From NCBI GenBank assembly GCA_963794325.1, contig CAWCDG010000004.1:1824001-1888000 (forward strand): 64,000 bases of DNA. The letters are read 5' to 3'. The notes beneath the pieces are model-generated. The model was not told where the DNA came from and ran no database searches. It was given only the letters and a program-made list of their open reading frames with translations. Positions 1 through 10,042 of this stretch are shown here, piece after piece. Position 1 is the first letter of the stretch, and each line of letters opens with the position of its first letter. Source of the stretch: an uncultured delta proteobacterium. Lineage in GTDB: Bacteria > Desulfobacterota > Binatia > Binatales > Binataceae. Position numbers and translations under genes: made by a program.

Positions 1-623
1 TAGTTGTAGAACATCTGCGAGGGTATCGCGGCGACCAGGCCGACCGCGGTTGTGATCAGCGCCTCAGCGATTCCCGGCGCGACTGCCTGGATACTCGACG
101 TATGCGACGCGGACAGGCCCAGGAACGCCGTCATGATTCCCCACACCGTGCCGAACAGTCCGATAAACGGGGCCGACGATCCGGTGGTCGCGAGGAATGT
201 GATTCCCGATTCGAGCTTGGTCAGCTCGACGTTTTCCTGGCGCTTCATCGAGCGCATCACGTTTGCGACACCGCCAAGATCAGTCGAGAAGCCGCTATCC
301 GAGCCGACTGCCTGGCGCTTGGCGCGTGTCAGTTGCAGCAGTTCCTGGTATCCGGCGCGGAACACCTGTGCGACCGGGCTCCGCTTCAGGCCGACACTCG
401 CGGTATGAATCGCGGCGAGGTTTTTCGACTCCCAGAAAATCGCGATAAACTTTTCGGACTCGCGCCGGGCCCGCGAAATCTGAATGAGTTTGTAAAGAAT
501 GATCCCCCAGCTTCCGATCGAAAACGCAACCAGCAGCCACAATACCGCCGCCACGACCGGGCCAGTGCCCAGCACCAATTGCACCACCCCAAACCCGCCA
601 GCACCGCTCACCTGATGGAGCAT
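1..623 (-). CDS. tolQ: MotA/TolQ/ExbB proton channel protein (TolQ-like), 3' end outside window
   Basis: Manual minus-strand translation from ATG 623: MLHQVSGAGG...GITFLATTGSSAPFIGLFGTVWGIMTAF...VAPGIAEALITTAVGLVAAIP, the TolQ/ExbB TM2-TM3 signature. Absent from the ORF track because it is open at the edge. Confidence 0.88.
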   Translation of the reverse strand, partial: MLHQVSGAGGFGVVQLVLGTGPVVAAVLWLLVAFSIGSWGIILYKLIQISRARRESEKFIAIFWESKNLAAIHTASVGLKRSPVAQVFRAGYQELLQLTRAKRQAVGSDSGFSTDLGGVANVMRSMKRQENVELTKLESGITFLATTGSSAPFIGLFGTVWGIMTAFLGLSASHTSSIQAVAPGIAEALITTAVGLVAAIPSQMFYN

Positions 624-717
624 AAAACCGCCATGAGACCCAAGAATCGCACCATTATACGGGTATCAGCCGAGCCAAAACCAGTGAGCCCGCGGGAAGG
701 TGAATGGAACACATATA

Positions 718-1029
718 TTAAACGTGAAACCCCTCCGTGGGTTTCACACTTCCTTGGGCAGGGTTAAACCCTGCACCTTAGAATTAAGAAAAGATGCGGG
801 ACTTCGTCCCTGTTAGAAGTGTTTTCTTGTCATTTTTGAGCGAAGCGAGGCCTCTCAGCACCTCTTTCTACCTCGCCAAGTAAGCTGCTGGCGACCAAGT
901 CGCCAACAGCGGGAAACATCCCCCAACTAGTTCTAACAGGGACGAAGTCCCGCATCTTCTATACTGGGTGCAGGGGTCACCCCTGCCCAGGAAAGCGTGA
1001 AAACCACGGTGGTTTTCACTTTCAATTAA
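718..1029. repeat. Large inverted repeat of two ~100-bp arms (718-818, 931-1029) of repeat family A around a ~110-bp spacer; MITE/REPIN-like
   Basis: Left arm TTAAACGTGAAACCCCTCCGTGGGTTTCAC..GCAGGGTTAAACCCTGCACC..GATGCGGGACTTCGTCCCTGTTAGAA. Reverse complement of right arm TTAATTGAAAGTGAAAACCACCGTGGTTTTCAC..GCAGGGGTGACCCCTGCACCC..GATGCGGGACTTCGTCCCTGTTAGAA. Confidence 0.9.
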
Positions 1030-1130
1030 GTGATTTACCCCCAGCCCACTGCATTCGCGTGCCTTCTCGGCGTAGAATCTGTACATCGTGCCTGGACTTA
1101 TCTAAGGTTCGGCATCGGAGGATTCGAGCG

Positions 1131-2135
1131 GTGGCGATAAAAGTCGGGATTAATGGATTCGGCCGGATCGGCAGGATGTTCCTGCGGGCGGCGCTGACCA
1201 AAAAAGACATCGAAGTCGTCGCCGTCAACGACATTACCGACGCGCCCACGCTGGCGCATCTGCTCAAGTACGATTCGATACACGGCAAGCTTCGCCACGA
1301 GGTCAAGGTTGAAGGCGGGACTATTTTTCTCGACGGCAAGCCGCTGCAGGTGCTCGCCGAACGCGACCCGGCCAAGTTGCCGTGGAACAAGCTTGGGGTG
1401 CAGGTCGTCATCGAATCGACGGGACTGTTCACCGCGCGCGACAAAGCCGCGTCGCATCTCAATGCCGGCGCCAAGAAAGTCGTGATCAGTGCTCCTGCCG
1501 ATGGCGCCGACGTGACGCTATGCCTTGGCGTCAACCAGAATGCGTACGATCCGAAGAAGCATGACGTGATTTCCAACGCGTCGTGCACTACCAACTGCCT
1601 CGCGCCGATCGGCAAAGTCTTGCACGAGAGCTTCGGTATCGTTCACGGGTTGATGACGACGGTGCACAGCTACACGTCGGATCAGATGCTGCAGGACGGG
1701 CCGCATAAGGATTTGCGACGCGCGCGCGCCGCCGGCGTGTCGATGATTCCGACGTCGACGGGCGCCGCCAAGGCGATTGGACTTGTGCTGCCCGCGCTCA
1801 ACGGCAAGCTTGACGGAATCGCGATTCGAGTGCCGACGGCGAACGTTTCGCTCGTCGATCTGACCGCGACGCTCGAAAAGGACGCCGAGGTGAAGTCCGT
1901 TAACGCTGCGATGAAGGCGGCGGCGGACGGTGCGCTCAAGGGGATTCTCGAATACAGCGAGGCGCCGCTCGTATCTGTCGATCTGAACGGCAACCCGCAT
2001 TCGTCGATTTTCGACGCGCCTCTGACCAAGGTCGTCGGCAAGCGGCTGGTAAAAGTATTTTCGTGGTACGACAACGAATGGGGCTACTCGAACCGCCTCG
2101 CGGACATCGCCGCGTTCGTCGCAGATAAGCTGTAG
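1131..2135 (+). CDS. gap: Type I glyceraldehyde-3-phosphate dehydrogenase
   Basis: [20 protein letters not shown] active site, [12 protein letters not shown] start after GGAGGA. Confidence 0.98.
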   Translation: MAIKVGINGFGRIGRMFLRAALTKKDIEVVAVNDITDAPTLAHLLKYDSIHGKLRHEVKVEGGTIFLDGKPLQVLAERDPAKLPWNKLGVQVVIESTGLFTARDKAASHLNAGAKKVVISAPADGADVTLCLGVNQNAYDPKKHDVISNASCTTNCLAPIGKVLHESFGIVHGLMTTVHSYTSDQMLQDGPHKDLRRARAAGVSMIPTSTGAAKAIGLVLPALNGKLDGIAIRVPTANVSLVDLTATLEKDAEVKSVNAAMKAAADGALKGILEYSEAPLVSVDLNGNPHSSIFDAPLTKVVGKRLVKVFSWYDNEWGYSNRLADIAAFVADKL

Positions 2136-2273
2136 TGCGGGTCAGTGAGCTGTAGAGCCTCGCCAAGTCGCATTCTTCGGCTGATTTGCCCCTCAAGGTC
2201 AAATTTAGTACGGAGGAAGGTTCCGCTTCGCCGATAACAAGGGCGGCGGGACACTCAAGCCAAGGAGACTCAA

Positions 2274-2561
2274 ATGCCGCTGTACCTGATCGAGAGAAAT
2301 TTTGCCGAGCAACTGAACGTAAACCCTGAGATCGCCGCGGCAGTTTGCGAAGTCAATGCGCGCGTCGGAATCGAATGGATTTACTCTTTCCTGAGCGCAG
2401 ACAAGAAGAAGACGTACTGCCTGTACGAGGCGCCCAATCCGGAAGCTATCCGCGAAGCGGCGCGCAAGCTGGACATCCCGGCCGATGTGATCATCGAACT
2501 GGGGGAATCGCGGCTCAACCCGAGTTCGCCGACCGTGATGTCGCCGACCCGCGGCTCGTGA
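2274..2561 (+). CDS. DUF4242 / SCO4226-like small protein
   Basis: MPLYLIERNF...WIYSFLSADKKKTYCLYEAPNPEAIREAARKLDIPADVI matches the remembered DUF4242 pattern. SD AAGGAG. Confidence 0.8.
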   Translation: MPLYLIERNFAEQLNVNPEIAAAVCEVNARVGIEWIYSFLSADKKKTYCLYEAPNPEAIREAARKLDIPADVIIELGESRLNPSSPTVMSPTRGS

Positions 2562-2570
2562 TCGATCGCG

Positions 2571-5500
2571 CTAGTTTGAGTCGGTCTTCATCTGCGCGAT
2601 AGCGGCCGTGACGCGCTCTTCGAGGGTTCGCATTCCAAGTTCACGCGCTGTTGCGAGCGCCGCATCGAGCAGCGCAGCGGCCTTGTCACGGTCGCCCGAA
2701 TCGGCGCGAGCGAGGAGCATCGCGGCGTACTGCGCCTGGGTGTGAGTGAGCCAGACGCGCGCGTCCATGCGGGCGTTCATCGCGAGTGCGTCTTCGAAAT
2801 GGCGCGCTGCGTCATCCCATCGCTCGAGAGTGGCAGCCAACGCGCCGAGGTATCGAGAGAGGGCGCCGTAGCAGGCCGCGCCGTTGCTCACGACTACATT
2901 GCGCCCGGCGAATGGCAGCAGAATATTGTACAGCGTTTCGGCGCGGCCCCTGTCCTTCAGAAAGGTGCAGACGTCAGCGAGGTAGGACATGGTTCCCATC
3001 CACATCGCATCGCGGGGCAGATCGGCGAAGTCATGTTGCGCAAGCGTTTCGAATTCGGCGCGCGCCTCTGTTGTCCGCGCGAGCTCGGCGTAGATCACCG
3101 CCAAGCCGGGGCGCCACGCGGCCGCAGCTGAATGCTGCTGGAGAAAGAGCCGGACCATGGGCTCGACTTGTCTGAGCCCGCCCTGCTCGCGGCGCAGCGC
3201 AAACATCTGCAGGCCAAAAGCTCCGGCCGCAGTTTCCAGTTGCAAACGCTGTCCAATCGCCAGCGCTTGCTGAGCGAGGCGCTCGCTGTCCTCGAAGCGG
3301 CCGCGCATCAAGGCCCGCATGGCCCGAAACATTGTGGCGATGGAGAGATAAAAGGGTTGATTGGTCTCTTCCGCCCATCGTTCCCATAGGTCCAATTCCC
3401 GGTCGGCCGCCGCGACATCTCCCAACTCGAGCAGGCAATACCCGCGATGCCAAGTTCCATCGGCATGCAACTCCAGGTTATTCGCAGTCGTTGCAAGGTC
3501 GAGCACTTCTGTTGTGAGCGCGAGCCTCGCTTCGGCGTGCTCCGGCCCCATGAGGGCGAAGGACATTGCGAGCAGGCTGTAGGCGACCAGATCCGGATCG
3601 CCAAAGCTTCGGGCCATCGCGAGCGCCTGCGGCGCGTACACCATCAGTTTTTTCCGCTCGCCGGTGACCCCCAGATAGTGTGCCAGGCCGGCGAGCGTCC
3701 TCGCTTTGAGGGGGCTGTCATCCGTTCCGAGTCTCTGTAGCGCTTCCTCGAGCAGGCCGACCGTTCCCGGTACGGGAAGACCGACGCTGTTCGTCATACG
3801 TACGAGTTTCAGTGCGGCACTGATCAGGCTCTCGGTTGACCCCAGTGCTTGGGCTACTTTGGCAGCACCCAGAAGCGTTTCCCCCGCATCCAGGAATTCG
3901 CCCGCCTTCCATTGCGCTTGACCCAGTGCAAACAGGAGCGAGTAACGCTGAGCTTCGTCCACGGAACGATTGCGGTCAGGCGATTCGGGGATCTTCCCGA
4001 GCAGTTCAAGCCCCTTCTTGAGATGGGCGATCGCTTCGAGGTTTGCCCAGCGCTGAAGGGCTCGGTCGCCGGCCCGTTGCCAGTGGGGAACCGCCTCCAA
4101 TCCGCGGCCCGCTTCTGTGTAATGATGTGCAATCAACTCCGGTTGAGTCTCCACCACCTCGGGGAATTGAGCTTCAAGCACGCGCGCAACGCGTTCGTGC
4201 AAAACTCTGCGCCGCTCCATCAACGCCGAGCCCGACGCGACTTGCTGCGACAGCGCATGCTTGAAGACGTACGCGATGTCGGCAACGGCCGGTTGCTCGT
4301 AGATGAACTCGGCCATCTGCAGCTCCGAGAGCAGCCGCTGCAACTCTTCGTCGGACTTGCCCGAGACTTCTCTGACCAGCCGGAACGGGAATTCCTTGCC
4401 AATCACCGCGAGCGTCTGCAGCAGATCTTTCTGATCGGGCGTCAGCCGATCGATGCGCGAGGCCAGCACCGCCTGCACCGTTGACGGGATTTGAATCGTG
4501 CCCAGAGATTTGGCGAGCTTGACTGCGCCGTTGCGCACCAGGGCGGCTTGCTCGAACAGCGCCTGGACGATCTCTTCCATGAAAAACGGGTTGCCCTCGG
4601 TCTTTTCGATGATCAGTCGCTTGAGCGGCGCCAGCTCGGGACCGTTATCAAGCAACGCCCGCAACATCTCCTCACCACTGTCGGCGCTGAGCGGGTCAAG
4701 CCGGAGCTGCGTGTAGTAGGTCTTGTTGTTCCAGTTGTGGGTGAACTCAGGCCGATAGTTCACCAACATCATGAGTCGCGCGGTACCGATCGAATCGGCG
4801 AGCAGGTTCAGCAGCGCTCGGGAGCCATCGTCGAGCCAGTGCAGGTCCTCGAAGATCACGACCAGCGGCTGATTCAGGCTTTCGCGCAGCAACAGCCGCT
4901 TGATGGCGTCGAGCGTGCGCCGCCGCCTGGTTTCGGGGTCGATCTGTACCAGCTGATCGTCGCTCTCCGCGACTTCCAGCAGCGTAAAGATATAAGGCAG
5001 GATGTCTTCCAGCGTCCGATCCAGGATCAGTATCTTTCCCGCGATTTTCTCGCGGCGCCGGCGCGCGTCGTCATCCGGACCGATGTCGAAGTAGTTCTTG
5101 AGCAAGTCTATCAATGGCAGGTACGCCGAGGCCTTCCCGTGCGAAACGGATAACGTCTCGAGCACCAGGCATCCCGGGGGCATGACCGCCTGGAATTCAA
5201 AGAAGAGGCGCGATTTGCCGACCCCGGCCTCGCCCATCGCGGCGACTATTTGACCGCGCCCGCTCTTTGCGAGTTCGAGCGCCCGCTTCATCTGCGCAAT
5301 TTCGGGGTCACGGCCGACGAATTTCGAGAGCCCGCGCCGCGCCGACGCCTGCAAACGAGTGCGCAGCGGGCCGAGCCCGGTCACCTCGTGGACGGTTACC
5401 GCCTCGCTGACGCCCTTTACCCGCGTGGGACCGAGTGAACGGAAGGTAAAGTAGCCCTCGCAGAGCTTGCGCGTTTCCTCGGTCGCGGCGATCGAGCCGG

Positions 5501-6176
5501 TCGGCGCAACCGTCTGCATCCGCGACGCCAGGTTGTTGGTATGACCGATCGGGGTGTACTCAGCGTGGCCCGCAGCCGTCTGAATCGCGCGAACCACGAC
5601 TTCACCGGTGTTCACCCCGATCCGGATCTCGATCGGAGCGCCGCCCCGCTCGCGCAGCGTAGCCGCGTAACGGCGGAGGTCCTCTTGCATCCGCAGAGCC
5701 GCGTAGAGTCCGCGTTGAGGATGGTCCTCGTGCGCGAGCGGAGCGCCGAACATCGCGAAGATGCCGTCGCCGGTCGATTGCACCACGTAGCCATCGTATC
5801 GATGCACGGCCGCGATCATCAGCTTCAATGCCGGGTCGACTATTGCGCGAGCCTCTTCAGGATCTAGGTCCTGCTCCAGCTCGGTTGAGCCCTTGATGTC
5901 GGCGAACAGTGCAGTGACTATTTTCCGCTCGCCTTCCGCCGCGCCCAGGTCGGTTGGTTCGGTCGCGATTGGCGCCGATGGAGATGAGGTTGACGAACTG
6001 CGCTCGTTCGATTTCGACTTGCGTACAGTCAGCGGTTCCGCGCACTCCGAACAGAATTTCGCATCAGGCGCGTTCTGACTAGCGCACTTGGGACATACCC
6101 TGCTGAGCGGCGTCGCGCACTGGTTGCAAAACCGCGAGTCCGCTACGTTTTCGATGCCGCACTTGGTGCAACGCAC
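2571..6176 (-). CDS. Double zinc ribbon + class III adenylate/guanylate cyclase + AAA (STAND-like) ATPase + TPR-like protein
   Basis: Four N-terminal CxxC, FADIKGST/TGDG cyclase motifs, GEAGVGKS Walker A, FEDLHWLD Walker B, helical C-terminus. Confidence 0.92.
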   Translation of the reverse strand: MRCTKCGIENVADSRFCNQCATPLSRVCPKCASQNAPDAKFCSECAEPLTVRKSKSNERSSSTSSPSAPIATEPTDLGAAEGERKIVTALFADIKGSTELEQDLDPEEARAIVDPALKLMIAAVHRYDGYVVQSTGDGIFAMFGAPLAHEDHPQRGLYAALRMQEDLRRYAATLRERGGAPIEIRIGVNTGEVVVRAIQTAAGHAEYTPIGHTNNLASRMQTVAPTGSIAATEETRKLCEGYFTFRSLGPTRVKGVSEAVTVHEVTGLGPLRTRLQASARRGLSKFVGRDPEIAQMKRALELAKSGRGQIVAAMGEAGVGKSRLFFEFQAVMPPGCLVLETLSVSHGKASAYLPLIDLLKNYFDIGPDDDARRRREKIAGKILILDRTLEDILPYIFTLLEVAESDDQLVQIDPETRRRRTLDAIKRLLLRESLNQPLVVIFEDLHWLDDGSRALLNLLADSIGTARLMMLVNYRPEFTHNWNNKTYYTQLRLDPLSADSGEEMLRALLDNGPELAPLKRLIIEKTEGNPFFMEEIVQALFEQAALVRNGAVKLAKSLGTIQIPSTVQAVLASRIDRLTPDQKDLLQTLAVIGKEFPFRLVREVSGKSDEELQRLLSELQMAEFIYEQPAVADIAYVFKHALSQQVASGSALMERRRVLHERVARVLEAQFPEVVETQPELIAHHYTEAGRGLEAVPHWQRAGDRALQRWANLEAIAHLKKGLELLGKIPESPDRNRSVDEAQRYSLLFALGQAQWKAGEFLDAGETLLGAAKVAQALGSTESLISAALKLVRMTNSVGLPVPGTVGLLEEALQRLGTDDSPLKARTLAGLAHYLGVTGERKKLMVYAPQALAMARSFGDPDLVAYSLLAMSFALMGPEHAEARLALTTEVLDLATTANNLELHADGTWHRGYCLLELGDVAAADRELDLWERWAEETNQPFYLSIATMFRAMRALMRGRFEDSERLAQQALAIGQRLQLETAAGAFGLQMFALRREQGGLRQVEPMVRLFLQQHSAAAAWRPGLAVIYAELARTTEARAEFETLAQHDFADLPRDAMWMGTMSYLADVCTFLKDRGRAETLYNILLPFAGRNVVVSNGAACYGALSRYLGALAATLERWDDAARHFEDALAMNARMDARVWLTHTQAQYAAMLLARADSGDRDKAAALLDAALATARELGMRTLEERVTAAIAQMKTDSN

Positions 6177-6280
6177 TGCTTTACCCTTTCTGAGAGAGCG
6201 ACGGTATCATCGCCGGTCGCCAAGCACTACAAGTCCGCCCGGTAATCGCAAGTTTTCCCGCACCCTGTTAAATTAACCCG

Positions 6281-7456
6281 ATGCCCGTGGTACCGATCAC
6301 CAGCATTCAGTTCCAGGACAAGAAGGTGCTCGTGCGATGCGATTTCAACGTGCCGATCGCCGAGGGCAAGATTCAGGACCCGGCGCGAATCGACGCGAGC
6401 CTCGACACGATTCGCCATATTCTCGGGCATGGCGGGACCGCTGTGCTCTGCTCGCATCTCGGACGTCCGAAGGAGCGTACGGCGGAGCTCAGCCTCAAGC
6501 CGGTCGCCGAGTATCTGAGCATCGCGCTCGCGCAGAAGGTAAAGCTCGCGCCCGATTGTGTCGGCGATCACACCGGCAAAATGATCGAGGCGCTCAAGCC
6601 GGGCGAAGCTATCCTGCTCGAGAATCTTCGCTTTCACAAAGAAGAAGAGGCCAACGATCGCGATTTCTCGCATGAGCTCGCGCGCTACAAGCAGGTCTAT
6701 GTGAACGACGGCTTCGGCACGGCGCATCGCGCTCACGCGTCGACGGTGGGCGTCACCCGATTTCTTGCGGAGCGCGCGGCCGGGTTTCTGATGATGCGCG
6801 AGCTCGACGCGCTGCGGAAGGTCACTGAGAACCCGCAGCATCCATCGGTTGCAATCATGGGGGGCGCAAAGGTTTCCGACAAAATCGGGCTGATCAAAAA
6901 TCTGCTGAACAAAGTTGATTCGATCCTTGTAGGCGGCGCGATGGCGTACACGTTTCTCAAGGCTCAGGGAATCGCGATCGGCCGTTCGCGGGTCGAAGAC
7001 GACAAAGTCGAGCTGGCGAGAGAGCTCCTCGCCGAGGCCGGGCGCAAAGGCGTCAAAATTATTCTGCCGTCGGATCATATCGTCGCGTCCGCTCCCGAAG
7101 CCTCTGCGACGCTTCATACGGTCAGTGAAATCCCGTCCGAAATGATGGGGCTGGATATCGGACCGCAGACTGCCGACGCGTTTATCGCGGAGATCGCACG
7201 CGCCAAGACCGTTATTTGGAACGGGCCGCTCGGATTCTTCGAAATTCCCGCATTCGCGAGCGGTACACTGCGCGTGGGCGAGGCGCTCGCCAACCAGGCC
7301 GGCATCACGTCGATAATCGGCGGAGGCGATACGGCCGCGGCATTCGCACACGCGCCGTGGGCAAGCAAGTTTACGCATATCTCGACCGGAGGCGGCGCGA
7401 CTCTGGAATTTCTGGAAGGCCGCGAGCTGCCGGGCGTGAAAGCGCTCGAAGTCTGA
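6281..7456 (+). CDS. pgk: Phosphoglycerate kinase
   Basis: RCDFNVP, SHLGRP, LLENLRF, GGAKVSDK, STGGGATLEFLEG. Confidence 0.98.
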   Translation: MPVVPITSIQFQDKKVLVRCDFNVPIAEGKIQDPARIDASLDTIRHILGHGGTAVLCSHLGRPKERTAELSLKPVAEYLSIALAQKVKLAPDCVGDHTGKMIEALKPGEAILLENLRFHKEEEANDRDFSHELARYKQVYVNDGFGTAHRAHASTVGVTRFLAERAAGFLMMRELDALRKVTENPQHPSVAIMGGAKVSDKIGLIKNLLNKVDSILVGGAMAYTFLKAQGIAIGRSRVEDDKVELARELLAEAGRKGVKIILPSDHIVASAPEASATLHTVSEIPSEMMGLDIGPQTADAFIAEIARAKTVIWNGPLGFFEIPAFASGTLRVGEALANQAGITSIIGGGDTAAAFAHAPWASKFTHISTGGGATLEFLEGRELPGVKALEV

Positions 7457-7518
7457 TACGGCAGACGCTCCGGCAGAGTCTGGCAAAGGGTCCGTGCGGC
7501 GATTGACGGTATTATTTG

Positions 7519-7588
7519 CCGCAGACCATGCGGAGAATACTTGGCGTCAGCTCGATAGTAGGCTATAATCTCCGCATAAAGTGCGGAG
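7519..7588 (+). promoter_or_regulatory. Sigma70-type promoter of the Fic gene bracketed by two palindromic operators
   Basis: TTGGCG(7541-46)-N17-TATAAT(7564-69). Palindromes CCGCA-GACCA-TGCGG (7519-33) and CTCCGCA-TAAAG-TGCGGAG (7570-88). Confidence 0.65.
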
Positions 7589-7589
7589 C

Positions 7590-8714
7590 ATGAGCTCATA
7601 CATATACAATCAGCCGGACTGGCCAAAGCTTCATTGGGACCGAGAGCTTTTGGGCGAACGGCTGGCTGGTGTCCGCTACGAGCAGGGGCGCCTGCTGGGC
7701 CGGATGGAGGGTTTGGGCTTCAACCTTCGCCAAGAGGCTGTTCTCGAGACTCTGACAGAGGATGTACTGAAGACCAGCGAAATCGAAGGGGAGCGCCTCG
7801 ATGCAGAACAGGTCCGTTCCTCGATAGCGAGACGCCTTGGCATGGACATCGGGGGTCTTAAATCCGTCGATCGAAATGTCGAGGGGGTCGTCGAAATGAT
7901 GCTGAACGCTACTCGGAACTACGATGAACCTTTCACTGCGGAGCGACTGTTCGCATGGCACGCGTCACTATTTCCGACCGGCCGGAGTGGTATGAGACGA
8001 ATCACAGTAGGTTCCTGGCGCGATGATGGCGGCGGTCCAATGCAGGTGGTGTCCGGCCCGATCGGTCGGGAGCGCGTCCACTTCGAGGCCCCGGAGGCCG
8101 CAAGGATCGGGCAGCAGATGCAGCTGTTCGTCGACTGGTTCAATAACCAGGCGGAGACCGATTGGGTGGTGAAGGCTGGCCTCGCGCATATTTGGTTTGT
8201 GACCCTTCATCCCTTCGACGATGGCAACGGCCGGATCGCGCGAGCTATTGCCGACCTGGCGCTCGCGCGCTCCGAACATAGTTCTCAACGCTTCTACAGC
8301 ATGTCGTCGCAGATCCAGCAAGAACGTGATGCCTATTACGAGGTCCTGGAACGAACGCAGAAAGCGACTACTGACATCACAATCTGGATGGATTGGTTCT
8401 TCGGCTGTCTGGGCCGCGCTATCGAGGGCGCGCAGGCCACGCTCGGAACCGTACTTTCCAAAGCGCGCTTTTGGGAAACGATCGCGGATTTTCCGCTGAA
8501 CAACCGCCAGCGCCTTGTGCTCAACCTGCTCCTGGATGACTTCGAGGGAAAACTGACTACATCGAAGTGGGCGAAGCTTGCGAAATGCTCCCAAGACACC
8601 GCGCTCCGTGACATCCTACCTCTGGTCGAACGCGGAGTGCTGATCCGAAATCCGGCCGGGGGCCGCAGCGCGAGCTACGCGCTCGCCAAAATTGGAGCGC
8701 ATACGAATGCGTAA
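7590..8714 (+). CDS. Fic family protein with N-terminal DUF4172-like region and C-terminal wHTH
   Basis: Fic motif HPFDDGNGRIAR, N-terminal YIYNQPDWPKLHWD, C-terminal TSKWAKLAKCSQDTALRDI...GGRSASY. Confidence 0.92.
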   Translation: MSSYIYNQPDWPKLHWDRELLGERLAGVRYEQGRLLGRMEGLGFNLRQEAVLETLTEDVLKTSEIEGERLDAEQVRSSIARRLGMDIGGLKSVDRNVEGVVEMMLNATRNYDEPFTAERLFAWHASLFPTGRSGMRRITVGSWRDDGGGPMQVVSGPIGRERVHFEAPEAARIGQQMQLFVDWFNNQAETDWVVKAGLAHIWFVTLHPFDDGNGRIARAIADLALARSEHSSQRFYSMSSQIQQERDAYYEVLERTQKATTDITIWMDWFFGCLGRAIEGAQATLGTVLSKARFWETIADFPLNNRQRLVLNLLLDDFEGKLTTSKWAKLAKCSQDTALRDILPLVERGVLIRNPAGGRSASYALAKIGAHTNA

Positions 8715-9480
8715 GAAACTGATCGCCGGGAACTGGAAGATGCATCTTTTGCCGGTCGGCGCGCGCGCGCTGGTCGAGAGAATCCGGGCCGAGATCGATC
8801 GCGAAGCCGCGACGCTGGCGAAGGATCGCGAGGTGATGGTCGCACCGCCCGCAATTCTCATTCCGGCGGTGGCGCAGGCGCTTGCCGGCTCGTCGATTAT
8901 GCTGGGCGCGCAGAATATGCACTACGAGGATAAAGGCGCCTTCACTGGCGAGGAATCGCCGCCGATGCTCCAGGCGTACGGCGTCACTCACGTAATTCTC
9001 GGCCATTCGGAACGCCGCCACATCTTTCATGAAACCGACGAGCTGATTAACAAAAAGGTGCTCGCCGCGTTGCACCATCGGATGACGCCGATCATGTGCG
9101 TCGGCGAGACCCATCACGAACACGAAAGCGGCCGCGCGCTGGACGTGGTGCTGCGCCAGCTTCAGCGCGGGCTCGAAAACGTCGGCGATGACCATGTGAC
9201 CACTGTGGTGATTGCATACGAGCCGGTGTGGGCGATTGGGACCGGGCGCACCGCGACGCCGGAGCAGGCCGAGGCAATCCATGGCGCGATTCGCGGCGCG
9301 ATACTCGAACGCTACGGCCGCGAGCGTGCCGATGCGGTGCGGATTATCTATGGCGGCAGCGTCAACGACGAGAATGTTGACTCGCTCGTGTCGAAGCCTG
9401 ATATTGACGGGGCTCTGGTCGGCGGGGCAAGCTTGAAGGCTGACTCGTTCGCGCGCATCGTCAGGGCGCGGACGCGATAA
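8707..9480 (+). CDS. tpiA: Triosephosphate isomerase
   Basis: IAGNWKM, GHSERR, AYEPVWAIGTG, YGGSV, LVGGASL. ATG overlaps the Fic 3' end by 8 nt. Confidence 0.98.
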   Translation: MRKKLIAGNWKMHLLPVGARALVERIRAEIDREAATLAKDREVMVAPPAILIPAVAQALAGSSIMLGAQNMHYEDKGAFTGEESPPMLQAYGVTHVILGHSERRHIFHETDELINKKVLAALHHRMTPIMCVGETHHEHESGRALDVVLRQLQRGLENVGDDHVTTVVIAYEPVWAIGTGRTATPEQAEAIHGAIRGAILERYGRERADAVRIIYGGSVNDENVDSLVSKPDIDGALVGGASLKADSFARIVRARTR

Positions 9481-9490
9481 AGAAGACAAA

Positions 9491-9871
9491 ATGGTATCAA
9501 TCGTTATTTCAATTCATGTGATCGTCTGCGTCGCGATGTGCGTCATTATTCTGGTGCAGCAGGGCAAGGGCGCCGAGGTCGGCGCCGTGTTCGGCGGCTC
9601 GAGCCAGACCGTGTTCGGCGCGAGCGGCGCGGGCAACGCGCTGACCAAGACGACTTGGGCGCTCGCGATAGTCTTTTTCGCGAGTTCGATTTTCCTGGCG
9701 CTCGCATCGGCGCGGCGCGTGACCGGCAGTATCTTCGAAGGGCGGACGTCGTCTTCAAGCGTGATGCCCGCGTCGAAGCAACTGCCCAAGAGCGCGAATC
9801 CCGTGCCACCAGCAGCAGCGCCGGCCGGTCATAATCCCGCGGGCGCAGTGACGCCGGGGTCAACCAACTAA
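9491..9871 (+). CDS. secG: Preprotein translocase subunit SecG
   Basis: Two TM segments, QQGKGAEVGAVFGGSSQTVFGASGAGNALTKTT, canonical position after tpiA. Confidence 0.95.
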   Translation: MVSIVISIHVIVCVAMCVIILVQQGKGAEVGAVFGGSSQTVFGASGAGNALTKTTWALAIVFFASSIFLALASARRVTGSIFEGRTSSSSVMPASKQLPKSANPVPPAAAPAGHNPAGAVTPGSTN

Positions 9872-9939
9872 TCGCAGAATTTCCCTGCTGCGCCGGAGCG
9901 CCAAGACCCTCAAAAGTGGCTCCGGCCGGCATGCACGAT

Positions 9940-10025
9940 GCGCGGGTGGTGGAATGGCAGACACGCCAGTTTGAGGGGCTGGTGGTAGCAATACCGTGCG
10001 GGTTCAAGTCCCGCTCCGCGCACCA
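9940..10025 (+). tRNA. tRNA-Leu (GAG)
   Basis: Acceptor stem GCGCGGG/TCCGCGC-ACCA, anticodon arm CCAGT-TTGAGGG-GCTGG, long variable arm, GGTTCAAGTCC T-loop. Typical location after secG. Confidence 0.96.
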
Positions 10026-10042
10026 CAGAACACTGAATACAT

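Noticed and set aside
52-767. Plus-strand ORFs 52-408 and 102-767
   Set aside because: Antisense shadows of the clearly recognisable minus-strand tolQ.
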